DNA from: a virus
Taxonomy: Duplodnaviria; Caudoviricetes
Direction: 5' to 3' (one strand)
Virus record (IMG/VR): IMGVR_UViG_3300032218_002590
Location: 1 to 64,000 of that record
Length of the DNA: 64,000 nucleotides
The position numbers and the translations under genes were made by a program. Below, in pieces: positions 25,988-35,655 of this stretch. Positions within the stretch are counted from its first letter, which is position 1. Each line of letters starts with the position of its first letter. Under the pieces are notes generated by a model. That model was not told the origin of the DNA and ran no database searches. It saw only the letters and a list, made by a program, of their open reading frames with translations.

Positions 25988-26151
25988 TCCTCCATAACAT
26001 AGTGTATATCATCATGATAGCACTCTTTGAGTGTTCCGTCAAGTGTTTTCACAAACAATTTTAATTCGTGACCACCCATGATTTTGACGGAATTGCCATC
26101 ACAAAGGACGGCAATGTTTCCGACGTAGCCGTGAAACTCAGGCTTCATCAT
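25984..26151 (-). CDS. Small conserved hypothetical protein
   Basis: MMKPEFHGYVGNIAVLCDG...; start reassigned to 26151. Confidence 0.7.
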   Translation of the reverse strand: MMKPEFHGYVGNIAVLCDGNSVKIMGGHELKLFVKTLDGTLKECYHDDIHYVMEE

Positions 26152-27277
26152 TATTTTCAGTTTTGGTTTCTGCATCAGCATCAGCATCAGCACCGACGCT
26201 GGCATCAATCTTGTCGTACAGTTCCAGGAAACTAGTTTTAGTTTCGGCATCAAAGCGATTCACGCAAACTTGAATTGCTTTCATACGCTTCTTAAAGATA
26301 CTGTAGGCACGAATAACATGAGTCAAACGACGAGTACTGATGATCTCATCAACACCACCCTCTTTGAAAGTTTTGCGAATGGTGTCTGCCCAAGTAGCCA
26401 GTTTCTCACAAAACTCTTGGTCAACACAATCAAGTTTGACAGAAACTTTTTCAAGAATCTTCTGCTCAACTTTAGGAGAAGGATATTCTTGCTCGAAGGT
26501 AAGAGCAAATCGTTCCAGGAATGCTTCGTTCAAAACATTGGTGCCAATGAAGCGACCATCATCAGAACCTTTACCTTTGGTATTGGCGGTAGCAATGATA
26601 GTAAACCCAGCTTTGGGTTTGACATACGCACCAGTTTTCTTCAGGAAGACACCACTACCTTCGAGAATGGATTGCAGGCAGAGAATTTTATTCGATGCCA
26701 GATCCACTTCGTCAAGAAGAAGAACAGCCCCACGCTCAAGTGCTTCGATGACAGGACCATTATGCCACACAGTTTCACCATTGATCAAACGGAAACCACC
26801 AATCAGATCGTCTTCGTCAGTTTCAATGGTGATGTTAACACGAATCAACTCACGCTTGAGTTGAGCACATGCCTGTTCTACACCGAATGTTTTACCATTA
26901 CCAGACATACCAGTAATGAAAACAGGATAGAAGATCCCAGAAGAAATAATTTTCTTAAGATCACTGAAGTTACCAAAGCTGACGAAATTAGCATCTTTAT
27001 CAGGAATAAGAGATTGACGTTGAATCACCACATGCTCAACAGGTTGATCCATAGGTTCAGCAGCAGGAGCGTGGTAGGTATTTTCGATATCTTGAGCAGT
27101 CAAGTTCCACCGACCATGCCCAGTTTTGTATTGTTCAAGGCGTTTGGCAATTGTGGGATAAGAAGAACCAAATTCTTCAGCGGCGGCGATGACAGCATTG
27201 CTGCCAAAATCTTCACCAAAATTTACAGAAATAAAAGCAACGAGAGCTTGTTGATCGATGTTTGCTTTACGAGCCAT
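26138..27277 (-). CDS. cobS: CobS/MoxR-like AAA+ ATPase
   Basis: GMSGNGKT, LLDEVD, TANTKG, AFLERF. Confidence 0.93.
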   Translation of the reverse strand: MARKANIDQQALVAFISVNFGEDFGSNAVIAAAEEFGSSYPTIAKRLEQYKTGHGRWNLTAQDIENTYHAPAAEPMDQPVEHVVIQRQSLIPDKDANFVSFGNFSDLKKIISSGIFYPVFITGMSGNGKTFGVEQACAQLKRELIRVNITIETDEDDLIGGFRLINGETVWHNGPVIEALERGAVLLLDEVDLASNKILCLQSILEGSGVFLKKTGAYVKPKAGFTIIATANTKGKGSDDGRFIGTNVLNEAFLERFALTFEQEYPSPKVEQKILEKVSVKLDCVDQEFCEKLATWADTIRKTFKEGGVDEIISTRRLTHVIRAYSIFKKRMKAIQVCVNRFDAETKTSFLELYDKIDASVGADADADAETKTENNDEA

Positions 27278-27306
27278 GATGAGTAATCTCCTTTGTGGAT
27301 GAAATA

Positions 27307-27365
27307 AGTGTAACAGAGTTTGGGCACCGATGTGGTGCCCAGTGGACAGTTGAGTAAGTGGTCAA
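27307..27365 (-). promoter_or_regulatory. Non-canonical promoter/operator upstream of cobS
   Basis: GACCACTT-ACTC-AACTGTC imperfect palindrome, GGGCACC-N5-GGTGCCC hairpin, TACACT -10, then AAGGAG RBS. Confidence 0.55.
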
Positions 27366-29527
27366 GAAACCAGAGTGGCGAAAGAGGACAACAGTTTTTT
27401 GTTGGTCGCCTTCTTTTTAAGCATAGTACGGAATGCCTTGCTGATCTCCTCGGTGGATGCCTCTTCATCAACTGTCATAGTGGCATTGGATGACAGGTCA
27501 TTGCTGGAAATCATATAGAGGGCATCGTAGCCCATACCATTAATTTCATACGATTTGTTTTTACGCCACACTTTCATGGCTTCGTCTGGGTCAACCCCCC
27601 CAGCAACCCCATAAAAATCACGATATAGGTAAGAAAAGTTATGCCCACTAGCAATTCGGAATCCAATCAGATTGACTTCAGGAAAATTATCTTTTAGGTT
27701 TTCCAAAAGAATTGCAGTGAGGTTGCTGTTTACATTACTCATGTCAAAGTTTCGGTAAACATATCCAATCTTACGATCCCGTAAAGCGTTAACACTACCG
27801 ATATGATTTGTACCAAGGTAATTGTACGGAGCACCGTGACGGTTAGCAACATTAACATCATAAGCAAGATGATTACCTTCCCCATCAGTTAGAATAACAA
27901 CGTTAACCTTCTGAAGTTTATGTTGATTTTTAAACTGAGGGATAATTTGATTGAGAGAAATTACTGCCTCATTGAGAGGAGTTCCACTCAAGTCAAGACC
28001 AAGTGGAGTAGAGTAAGATTGATTATTGTAATAACAGTATTTCGAATCGTTTCGGTTAGCAAGACGCCAAAGATTCATCATACAGTTATCCAAAAACTTA
28101 CTGCTTGCACGAGAGCTGAGAAAATTCAGCATACGAAAACGACGATGAATTTCAATGGTGCCATCTTTTTTTGTGTATAGGTTTGGAGGAGAAGTCATAT
28201 TTGAGTTTATATAATGATTATGCCACTCGTAAGTAAAACCATAAACCTCAAAAGGAATCTGAACTTTCTTACAGAACCAAACAAGATTCATCAATTGCTT
28301 CACCGTATCCAAAAGATAATCGCACATAGAACCAGACCAGTCCAGCACAAAAATCAAACCATGATTTTTACCATCAGGAACTACAGAAATTTTACGAAAA
28401 ATATCTTCGCTGTATTTGTACGTATGGAGTTTACTGGTGTCGAGAGTACCAGTACGTGAAGTAGACATACGTTGATAAGCATCAGCCGTCTTTTTCATTT
28501 CAAATTCCTTAACCAGATAGTTCACTTCCTTCTGTGCTTCTGTACGGTATTTGTGATAATCCTTATCCGGTTTTTGAAAAACATTGACATCGCCAGCTGA
28601 TTTACTTGTACTGGCAAAACATTTGTTGATGTAATTGTTTAAAATTTTGTAGTCAACAATAACTTCATCAATGTCAAGTTCTGGACGTTCAATATAATAT
28701 GTTTCGCTAGTGGATTTGGTAACCAATTTTTCAGTTTGCTGGTCAAAAGATTGTTGAGTTTTAGAAACTGCTTCATCTTCAGGACCACCGCCGCCAGAAC
28801 CAATTGGAGTTTTTTCAGACGAACCAGTTTGATCACCAGAGTTTTGGCTTTCTTCACCAGAAGAATTGCTAGTTCCTTCGCCATTACCAGGCATCTGTTC
28901 ATCCGATTGCCCATTAGAATTTCCTGATAAAGATGCGTCGGAGTTATTTTCCTGAGAAAAATCGGGCATTCTTGCTACGTATTTTTCCTTTACGTATTCC
29001 TGAATCAATTTACAAATATTCAGAACTTCATCAAAAGTTTCAACCTTGTCAATCATATCAACAAACGTTTGTTCGGTTTCGTTGAACGGCATCCGAGCAT
29101 AAGCACCAACTTTAAAATGAAGATTGATACGGTCAATCAATGTCAGTGTATTCAAATCTTCGTCAGCAATACTGAAGAAGTCATCTCGGTTCAGTTCACT
29201 ATAACCATTGTAGAAAGTACGTGCCAAACCAGGAAACTTTCGCTTCATCAGTTTTTCGATGCGAGCATCTTCTACAACGTTGACATAATCTTTAGGGACT
29301 TGAACAATCTCAGTCCAATCTTTATTTGGTGTGTATAAGGCATGTCCAACCTCATGCCCCACCAGAAGGTCATATACGGTCGCTGAAGCCCTGTCCCAGA
29401 TCGGTAGGGTCAATACACGGTTGAGTACGTCAAACGACGCTGTAGGCACCTTCTTGTGCTCGATGACGAGGTTCTCAGTTGCCAGTAGCTTGGCAAGAGT
29501 GCCTTTGACTTCTTGGTTGATGTACAT
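27362..29527 (-). CDS. Metallopeptidase-motif / vWA (MIDAS) domain protein, CobT-like partner
   Basis: GHEVGH HExxH motif, VEDARIE, DWSGSM MIDAS, SGTPL, LTDGE; start at ATG 29527 downstream of the promoter. Confidence 0.88.
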   Translation of the reverse strand: MYINQEVKGTLAKLLATENLVIEHKKVPTASFDVLNRVLTLPIWDRASATVYDLLVGHEVGHALYTPNKDWTEIVQVPKDYVNVVEDARIEKLMKRKFPGLARTFYNGYSELNRDDFFSIADEDLNTLTLIDRINLHFKVGAYARMPFNETEQTFVDMIDKVETFDEVLNICKLIQEYVKEKYVARMPDFSQENNSDASLSGNSNGQSDEQMPGNGEGTSNSSGEESQNSGDQTGSSEKTPIGSGGGGPEDEAVSKTQQSFDQQTEKLVTKSTSETYYIERPELDIDEVIVDYKILNNYINKCFASTSKSAGDVNVFQKPDKDYHKYRTEAQKEVNYLVKEFEMKKTADAYQRMSTSRTGTLDTSKLHTYKYSEDIFRKISVVPDGKNHGLIFVLDWSGSMCDYLLDTVKQLMNLVWFCKKVQIPFEVYGFTYEWHNHYINSNMTSPPNLYTKKDGTIEIHRRFRMLNFLSSRASSKFLDNCMMNLWRLANRNDSKYCYYNNQSYSTPLGLDLSGTPLNEAVISLNQIIPQFKNQHKLQKVNVVILTDGEGNHLAYDVNVANRHGAPYNYLGTNHIGSVNALRDRKIGYVYRNFDMSNVNSNLTAILLENLKDNFPEVNLIGFRIASGHNFSYLYRDFYGVAGGVDPDEAMKVWRKNKSYEINGMGYDALYMISSNDLSSNATMTVDEEASTEEISKAFRTMLKKKATNKKLLSSFATLVS

Positions 29528-29549
29528 TTCATTTGTTTGAACTGAAGCC

Positions 29550-29585
29550 AGAATAGCCAAAAAAAAGGAGGGTGTCAACCCTCCT
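29550..29585 (-). promoter_or_regulatory. Fused terminator / sigma70 promoter overlapping the gp46 stop codon
   Basis: AGGAGGG-TTGACA-CCCTCCT-T7; TTGACA (29578-29573), 17 nt, TATTCT (29555-29550); the gp46 TGA lies inside TTGACA. Confidence 0.85.
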
Positions 29586-31314
29586 GTGCCACTTCATTAA
29601 CTGTCTCACGGACGGTGCTGAAGTTTTTAATTTTTTCACACTTCCATGTCTTATGAAACTTGTCTTCCATATTTTCTCTGTGTGAGATCACAAATACGTT
29701 TGTGTTGTCATCAAAGTTTTTAAGAATCCATCCTAGCTCACTACTCCCATTTTGGTCTAGAGAACCATCAAAAATTTCATCTAGTATAAGGAGGTTAGTA
29801 TCCACGCTATTCTTGAGCTTAGCAATAGCTCTCCAAGTAAGCAACAAAGAAATATCAATACGAGCCTTTTCTCCCTCACTGAAAGATTCGTAAGAGAAAG
29901 AATCTCGAAATCTAGATTTAATAGTTTCTTCAAAATTTTCATCTAATGTAAAGTTTACATAAAAATCCATGTTCTGTAGATATTGGTTGATGAGATTATT
30001 CATCACTGGCAAGTACCTTTTGATGATACGAGTTTTAATTCCATTATCTTTCAGAAGTTGACCGGCAGCAAGAAGACAATCACGTTCTTCTTTCATGCCA
30101 ATCATTTGTTTTTTAGATACATCTAAAGCTTTTTCTAATCCTTGCAATTTAGAATCTTCTTCATTACGATTTGTGTTGTTGTTTTGAAGATTAGAAATAT
30201 CTTGTTGAAGATCTTTAATCTGAGTTTGATATGATTTGATTTGAAATTGACATATTGAAATGTCATTAGAAATGCTAGACCATTGTTGATTTAACTCAAC
30301 AAACTTTTGTTCTCTTTGTTCTTCCTCAGCAATAGCATTTTCCATTTCCTCCATTCCCAGCTTAAGTTCTTTGATAGAATTCATAATCTCAGAAACCTTA
30401 GAGTCCCGAAGGTCTTCATTGATATGCTGGGTACATGTAGGACATGTAGTATTCTCAGTAAAGAACTGATGTTCCTTTCTGTGTGTTGTGAATTTCTGTT
30501 GTATCTTACCACGAAGATTACCAAGTTTTTTGAGTTTGGCGGCAGCAGTTGAAAATTGTTTTGTCTCTTCAGAAATTTTATTTTGTTCTGTAGATAACGT
30601 TTTCAATTTTTGATTTGTTTCTTCTTCGTATTTTAGAACCTGATCAATTTTTAAATTCTTTTCGTTGATCTCATTTTGATTTTGAAGATTCAGATTAACA
30701 ATAAAGTTTTTCTGCATTGTTACTTTTTCTTCTAGTAAATAAATTTGGTAATCACGATCTTTGATTTCGTCGTTAGCAAATTTAAGTTTCTCTTTGAGAT
30801 TAACATTCATTACAGAAAATATTTGAATGTCAAGAATGTCTTCAATAATTTCTCGACGAGCTGCCAAAGGCAATCTCATGAAAGGAACAAAGGTAGAAGA
30901 TCCGAGAACTACAATCTGAGTAAATGATTTATAATTCATCTTAAGAATATTTTTCTCAAGATAGATTTGATAATCTGCTATAGATGAGGATTGGTCGAGA
31001 AGAACTCCGTTCTGCCAAATCTCAAAAATTCCTGGTTTGATTCCCCTAACAATTTTGAATTCGTTTTTACCAGATTGGAATTCGATTTCTGTAACTAAGT
31101 CAGAACCGTTTACACTGTTGAGTAATAATGGTTTGTTAATTTTACGAAATGGTTTTCCAAACAATGAGAATGTCAGGGCATCTAAAATAGTACTTTTGCC
31201 AGCACCATTAGCACCAACAATTAAATTGGTTTTGGCGCTGTTCAGATTAAATTCAGTAAAGGTGTTACCGGTACTTAAAAAATTTCGCCATCTTAGCTGT
31301 TTAAATATTATCAT
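29575..31314 (-). CDS. gp46: SbcC-like recombination endonuclease subunit (gp46)
   Basis: GANGAGKS, CPTC hook, FSEGE, LDEIFD. Confidence 0.97.
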   Translation of the reverse strand: MIIFKQLRWRNFLSTGNTFTEFNLNSAKTNLIVGANGAGKSTILDALTFSLFGKPFRKINKPLLLNSVNGSDLVTEIEFQSGKNEFKIVRGIKPGIFEIWQNGVLLDQSSSIADYQIYLEKNILKMNYKSFTQIVVLGSSTFVPFMRLPLAARREIIEDILDIQIFSVMNVNLKEKLKFANDEIKDRDYQIYLLEEKVTMQKNFIVNLNLQNQNEINEKNLKIDQVLKYEEETNQKLKTLSTEQNKISEETKQFSTAAAKLKKLGNLRGKIQQKFTTHRKEHQFFTENTTCPTCTQHINEDLRDSKVSEIMNSIKELKLGMEEMENAIAEEEQREQKFVELNQQWSSISNDISICQFQIKSYQTQIKDLQQDISNLQNNNTNRNEEDSKLQGLEKALDVSKKQMIGMKEERDCLLAAGQLLKDNGIKTRIIKRYLPVMNNLINQYLQNMDFYVNFTLDENFEETIKSRFRDSFSYESFSEGEKARIDISLLLTWRAIAKLKNSVDTNLLILDEIFDGSLDQNGSSELGWILKNFDDNTNVFVISHRENMEDKFHKTWKCEKIKNFSTVRETVNEVAQEG

Positions 31315-31577
31315 TCTAAATCTTTGGGGGGAATAATAAAATCGTCTTCTGTTATTATAGTATATTTTTGATCTCGTTCTTCACATGCAGTAACAATTAC
31401 TTCTTCGGGAATTTCTACAACTTGTAATTTATATTTACTAGGAGTAAATTCAAGTAGTTCTTGATAGCGATCAGCATCATCTTCACATTCAAAGATAGGA
31501 ATAATTTGATCTCCACAAGTATCATCTATTACAGAAAATACACCGTCTTGTCTGTCTTTGAGTGTGAGAATATACAT
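31311..31577 (-). CDS. Conserved hypothetical protein
   Basis: IPIFECEDDADRY...YTIITEDDFIIPP. Confidence 0.8.
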   Translation of the reverse strand: MYILTLKDRQDGVFSVIDDTCGDQIIPIFECEDDADRYQELLEFTPSKYKLQVVEIPEEVIVTACEERDQKYTIITEDDFIIPPKDLE

Positions 31578-32626
31578 TAGATTACTTCACAACTTTCAAT
31601 ATATAGAGATTGCATAATCTGTTTTAAGTTATTTTTATTTACGGACATCTCTACTTCATCAATATATTCATTAAGAAGACACAAAGTATCTTTAATTTCT
31701 AAGTCAGAATCTTGATGTTTAATAGTATCTTTTTCAACTAAAGTTTCAACAACTTTGAGGTCATGAACATTAGCATCAAAAAGTCCTTCAATAATTTTTT
31801 CAAATTTAAAATAATCCGTTTTGTTTTCTACTATTACTTTAACAAAAGTGTTTGCATAATCGGCGGGGTTAACGCTGAAATTAGGGTCAGCATCATCATA
31901 ATATATCTTTTGGAAAATTTCGTAGGGATTTTTAACAAAACGTAACTTGTTGGATGCCGGTTCATAAAGATGAAATCCTCTAGGGTCTTTGTAGTCATTC
32001 CAGAACATCTGGTAGGGATTACCTAAGTAAGTAATATTTCCTTGTCGTGATTTGTGATGAAAGTGTCCAGAAAATACTTGTTTGAATTTAATGAATACAT
32101 CTGCATCCATGCCACCTTCATGAAGTAGACCAGGAGAAATTTCAAATCCGTTTAGCTCCAGGTGACCCATCACAATCTTAGCAGATGTTTGCTTCAGGTG
32201 CTGGTGGGTTTCTGCTTCGTTCTCAGAATTAATCCAAGGTATCATACAGATGTCAGTACCTTCAACATTTATTGTGGTTGGTTTGGAGTACACAATAATG
32301 TTATCGTAGTCAGATAACAGTAGTTCTGGGGAGTTGATGTCGTTGGTATTCTTGTAGTATACGTCATGGTTTCCCGTGATCATATGAAGAGTAATACCAA
32401 GCTCATGGATACGGTCAAAATAATGGCGGCGAATACGACTCCATACATTAAAATCAATACCTTTTCTGTTATCAAATGTGTCTCCAAGATCAATAATAGT
32501 TGTGATTCCTTTCTCTTTAATTGTTGGAAAGAAAACTTCATCATAAAATTTAGCAAAGTACTCCCAAAAAATAATGTTTCCCTTACGACCGTCGAGATGT
32601 TGATCTGTAATAAGAGCTATCGTCAT
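31577..32626 (-). CDS. gp47: SbcD-like recombination endonuclease subunit (gp47)
   Basis: TDQH, LGDTFD, GNHD, GHFH. Confidence 0.97.
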   Translation of the reverse strand: MTIALITDQHLDGRKGNIIFWEYFAKFYDEVFFPTIKEKGITTIIDLGDTFDNRKGIDFNVWSRIRRHYFDRIHELGITLHMITGNHDVYYKNTNDINSPELLLSDYDNIIVYSKPTTINVEGTDICMIPWINSENEAETHQHLKQTSAKIVMGHLELNGFEISPGLLHEGGMDADVFIKFKQVFSGHFHHKSRQGNITYLGNPYQMFWNDYKDPRGFHLYEPASNKLRFVKNPYEIFQKIYYDDADPNFSVNPADYANTFVKVIVENKTDYFKFEKIIEGLFDANVHDLKVVETLVEKDTIKHQDSDLEIKDTLCLLNEYIDEVEMSVNKNNLKQIMQSLYIESCEVI

Positions 32627-33156
32627 CGTTTGTTTTTAATTTCTAGGGTTTCTTTGATGCCTGACATGTCAGAATAACTTTGATTTAATCCTGCCATTTC
32701 ACCTTCAAAACTTTCTGTGTACATTACATGTTCATAACCTGTTCTTTCAAGAATCTTGGTTTTGATTTCTAATTGCTTTTTCTCTTTAGCAATACGCCTC
32801 AAGAAGGCAAAGTAAATTACCTGAGTAAAATAAGCAAATGGATTTTTGGATTTTTCTGGATCAAAGTTATGAATGTATTGTAAACAATTTTCAATACCAT
32901 CTGAAATCATCTCATCCCTAAACATGTAATTTACAAAATTTGGTTTGTATGAAAGATGGGTAGCAATTTTTAGAAAACAATCACCAAGATAATTTGTAAT
33001 GCCTGGTTTCCCTTCCCAATTCTTAGATCGTTCCGGTTGAGTTATATGTCTCCCGTGTTGTTTTAGAAAACTTGCTTCGACTTTATTTCTGTGAACAGTA
33101 ATAGCTTCCAAGAAATCTTTGTTATTTACATAGTTTTCTGTTTTCTTTTTTGCCAT
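32623..33156 (-). CDS. gp55: Late transcription sigma factor (gp55)
   Basis: NYVNNKDFL, IATHLSYKPNFVNY, NPFAYFTQ. Confidence 0.97.
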   Translation of the reverse strand: MAKKKTENYVNNKDFLEAITVHRNKVEASFLKQHGRHITQPERSKNWEGKPGITNYLGDCFLKIATHLSYKPNFVNYMFRDEMISDGIENCLQYIHNFDPEKSKNPFAYFTQVIYFAFLRRIAKEKKQLEIKTKILERTGYEHVMYTESFEGEMAGLNQSYSDMSGIKETLEIKNKR

Positions 33157-33188
33157 AACCCATCACATCATTTAATATTTCTTGTACC

Positions 33189-33252
33189 AGTATAGACCAT
33201 TTTCAGGGGTTTGTCAAGGGGGGTTGACAAAACCTCAGAAACCGAGTAGAAT
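33189..33252. promoter_or_regulatory. Back-to-back sigma70 promoters (gp55 sense; plus-strand antisense)
   Basis: Minus: TTGACA (33217-33212), 17 nt, TATACT. Plus: TTGACA (33224-33229), 17 nt, TAGAAT (33247-33252). Palindrome TTTGTCAA-G6-TTGACAAA. Confidence 0.75.
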
Positions 33253-33305
33253 AACACTGTCAGGGTTCAAGAGTTGTATTGAGTTCTTTAAGGTCTTTAA
33301 ATACT

Positions 33306-33719
33306 TCAAGATTTTTTATAAATCTCTTCCAAGAATTGTTTAGTTTCCTTTACAGATCCTAAGTAACCCATTTGATTACTAAATTCTTTGGGTTTAATTT
33401 GTATAGAATTTTTACTAGATTCTTCTACTAATAATGGGTTAAGATTATTAAGATAAAAGTTTCTTATTTTTTTATTAAGTTCAGTCATAGTAATAATCTG
33501 TTCCATCTTAATTACAAATAATGTATCATAAGTAGAATTTATCCATTCTTTTAAAATAAAACCTCCAGTAGAATTACCACGATGTTTTTTTGTTAGCCTT
33601 TCTACTAACATGGGATTTTCTACTAACACAGAATTTTCATCAGGTAAGTAACAGACTTTAGCTATAATTTCTTCACCTGATGTTAATTTAATAGTAGAGA
33701 AGAATTCTTCTTCCATCAT
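33306..33719 (-). CDS. Conserved cyanophage protein (Sm-like; often labelled methylamine utilisation protein)
   Basis: FFSTIKLTSGEEIIAKV. Confidence 0.8.
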   Translation of the reverse strand: MMEEEFFSTIKLTSGEEIIAKVCYLPDENSVLVENPMLVERLTKKHRGNSTGGFILKEWINSTYDTLFVIKMEQIITMTELNKKIRNFYLNNLNPLLVEESSKNSIQIKPKEFSNQMGYLGSVKETKQFLEEIYKKS

Positions 33720-35179
33720 TTTAGATTTACCTTTATTATTTCGTATTTAAAATTTTCTTCTTGATATATCTTAATCCTTTCTTGTAAATGTCTTAAAGTA
33801 TAATTTTGTCTGGTTTGAGTAGAGATGTCATCTGCAATGTCATACAAAGTAGCTATTTCTTTGTCCTCTCCTTTTCTAAGTACTCTACCAATACTTTGGA
33901 GATTCCTGATACGAGATTTAGACGGAGAAGCAAATATAATATTATGAAGACGTTTAATATTGATACCAGTGCTAAACGTTCCATAAGATGCAATAATGAT
34001 AGCATTGCTTTCTTGTTCGGTTATTTTTCTTACTTCTTCACGTTCATCAGTATCAACTGAACCATGAACAAAAAATACCTTACGAGTATTTTCTGTACTG
34101 TTATTTATTAATTCGTATAATGGCTCACCATGCTTTTCAACATAGTTAAATAAAATTAATGTGTTTCCTTCAAGATCACCTACAAGATTTTTAATCAGAT
34201 TATTTCTTTTTTTGTTTGTGACAATATAATCCATCTCTTGATGGTAATCTTCAAAGTATTGATACTCGTGCTTACACAAAAGAATTTTAATTCTAAGATT
34301 GGATAGATGACCTTTTTTAATTAGATCATCAGTTTTAGTAACCTTTTCACACGCACCAAACAATCCTTCCAACACCCACTTATGAGTTTTGGATCCATCT
34401 AAGGTTCCTGTAAATCCAAAACGATACTTAGCGTTATGAAGTTTTTCCATAATGCCAGTCAATGATTTAGATTTGAATAGGTGTGCTTCGTCACCAATTA
34501 CACAATCAATGTCATCAAAATATCTTTTAGGAAATTTATAAATGGATTGCCATGTAGTAACAATAACAGGTTTGTCAGAATTTTTTTCTTTACCTGAATA
34601 AATTTTATGAATATGCTCATCAGTGTTCCATCCGTATTCATTAAAATCTTTTACCATTTGTTCTACCAACGATGTAGTAGGAACAATGATTAGAATTTTT
34701 TTATCGGTAGCATGATAATATCTAACAAGAGAATAAATCATCAATGATTTACCAGAACCTGTGGGGGAAAGAAATAATCCTCTATGATATTTGAGGGCAA
34801 GGTAAACCGTATAGTATTGATAATCTCTGGCTTTGATACTAGAAATTTTATCAACAAAATCTTTTACTCCACCAGGAGATACTAACTCGTTAACATCATT
34901 GGCACTTCCATACCAATCATTATTAACTGATTTCAAAGAGTACTGTTTTTCTTTACACCATTGAGCAAGATGAGTATATAATCCAATATACAATTCTCCT
35001 GTTCCTGGAGAGTAAAGCCGAATAGTTCCATCCCAATATTTAAACTTTGGATTTCTTTTTAAAAATTTAGCTTCAGGAACTTCAAAAGTAAAGTAGTCAG
35101 ATAATTCTTGATGGACGTATGGTTCTGCTTGGATTTGTAAAAATACTTCGTTCTTTTTTCTGATAACCAATCTAGACAT
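33716..35179 (-). CDS. uvsW: RNA-DNA/DNA helicase UvsW
   Basis: SPTGSGKS, GDEAH, TGT, QSIGRVLR. Confidence 0.97.
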   Translation of the reverse strand: MSRLVIRKKNEVFLQIQAEPYVHQELSDYFTFEVPEAKFLKRNPKFKYWDGTIRLYSPGTGELYIGLYTHLAQWCKEKQYSLKSVNNDWYGSANDVNELVSPGGVKDFVDKISSIKARDYQYYTVYLALKYHRGLFLSPTGSGKSLMIYSLVRYYHATDKKILIIVPTTSLVEQMVKDFNEYGWNTDEHIHKIYSGKEKNSDKPVIVTTWQSIYKFPKRYFDDIDCVIGDEAHLFKSKSLTGIMEKLHNAKYRFGFTGTLDGSKTHKWVLEGLFGACEKVTKTDDLIKKGHLSNLRIKILLCKHEYQYFEDYHQEMDYIVTNKKRNNLIKNLVGDLEGNTLILFNYVEKHGEPLYELINNSTENTRKVFFVHGSVDTDEREEVRKITEQESNAIIIASYGTFSTGINIKRLHNIIFASPSKSRIRNLQSIGRVLRKGEDKEIATLYDIADDISTQTRQNYTLRHLQERIKIYQEENFKYEIIKVNLK

Positions 35180-35655
35180 TAGGTAGTACCGTTAATAAAT
35201 TTTTCCCAATCAATAGCTGATTTAATTTGAAATCCACGATTGGAAATCATTTTCATTACACTGTCTAAGAAATAAAGTGCTTGTTCAATGTATTTTAATT
35301 TTGCTTCTATGTTGATAATATCTTCATCTGATTCCAGATAAGTTCTCATCTTCTCTGCTGTTTTAATACTTGTGCCAAAAGGTTTCTCGGCATACACTTT
35401 GGCGTCTGCTTCACCAGAATAATATTCTCTTTTTTGTTTTACTATACGTCTCAGTTCAAACTCAACCGAAGTTTTTACTTGACTAATATCTGTATAGTAA
35501 TTTAAATATTTGTTGTGTTGGAAAGGAATCTCTAATGCTAGTTTTCCTAAATCTTCTGAGTATTCTTTGTTTCTAAATTGAAAATCAACATGACTATCAA
35601 TTAACCATTCTTCTTTAATTGAATCAAATAATTTAACAATGTTTTCAAATTTCAT
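35179..35655 (-). CDS. uvsY: Recombination mediator UvsY
   Basis: IPFQHNKYL, YYSGEA, RGFQIKSAIDWEKF. Confidence 0.92.
   Translation of the reverse strand: MKFENIVKLFDSIKEEWLIDSHVDFQFRNKEYSEDLGKLALEIPFQHNKYLNYYTDISQVKTSVEFELRRIVKQKREYYSGEADAKVYAEKPFGTSIKTAEKMRTYLESDEDIINIEAKLKYIEQALYFLDSVMKMISNRGFQIKSAIDWEKFINGTT

Noticed and set aside
26270-27286. 338-aa plus-strand ORF (and 26340-26864)
   Set aside because: Antisense shadow of cobS; no RBS or promoter, and composition is not protein-like
27223-27471. 82-aa ORF between the vWA gene and cobS
   Set aside because: Overlaps both genes and the promoter/hairpin; not protein-like
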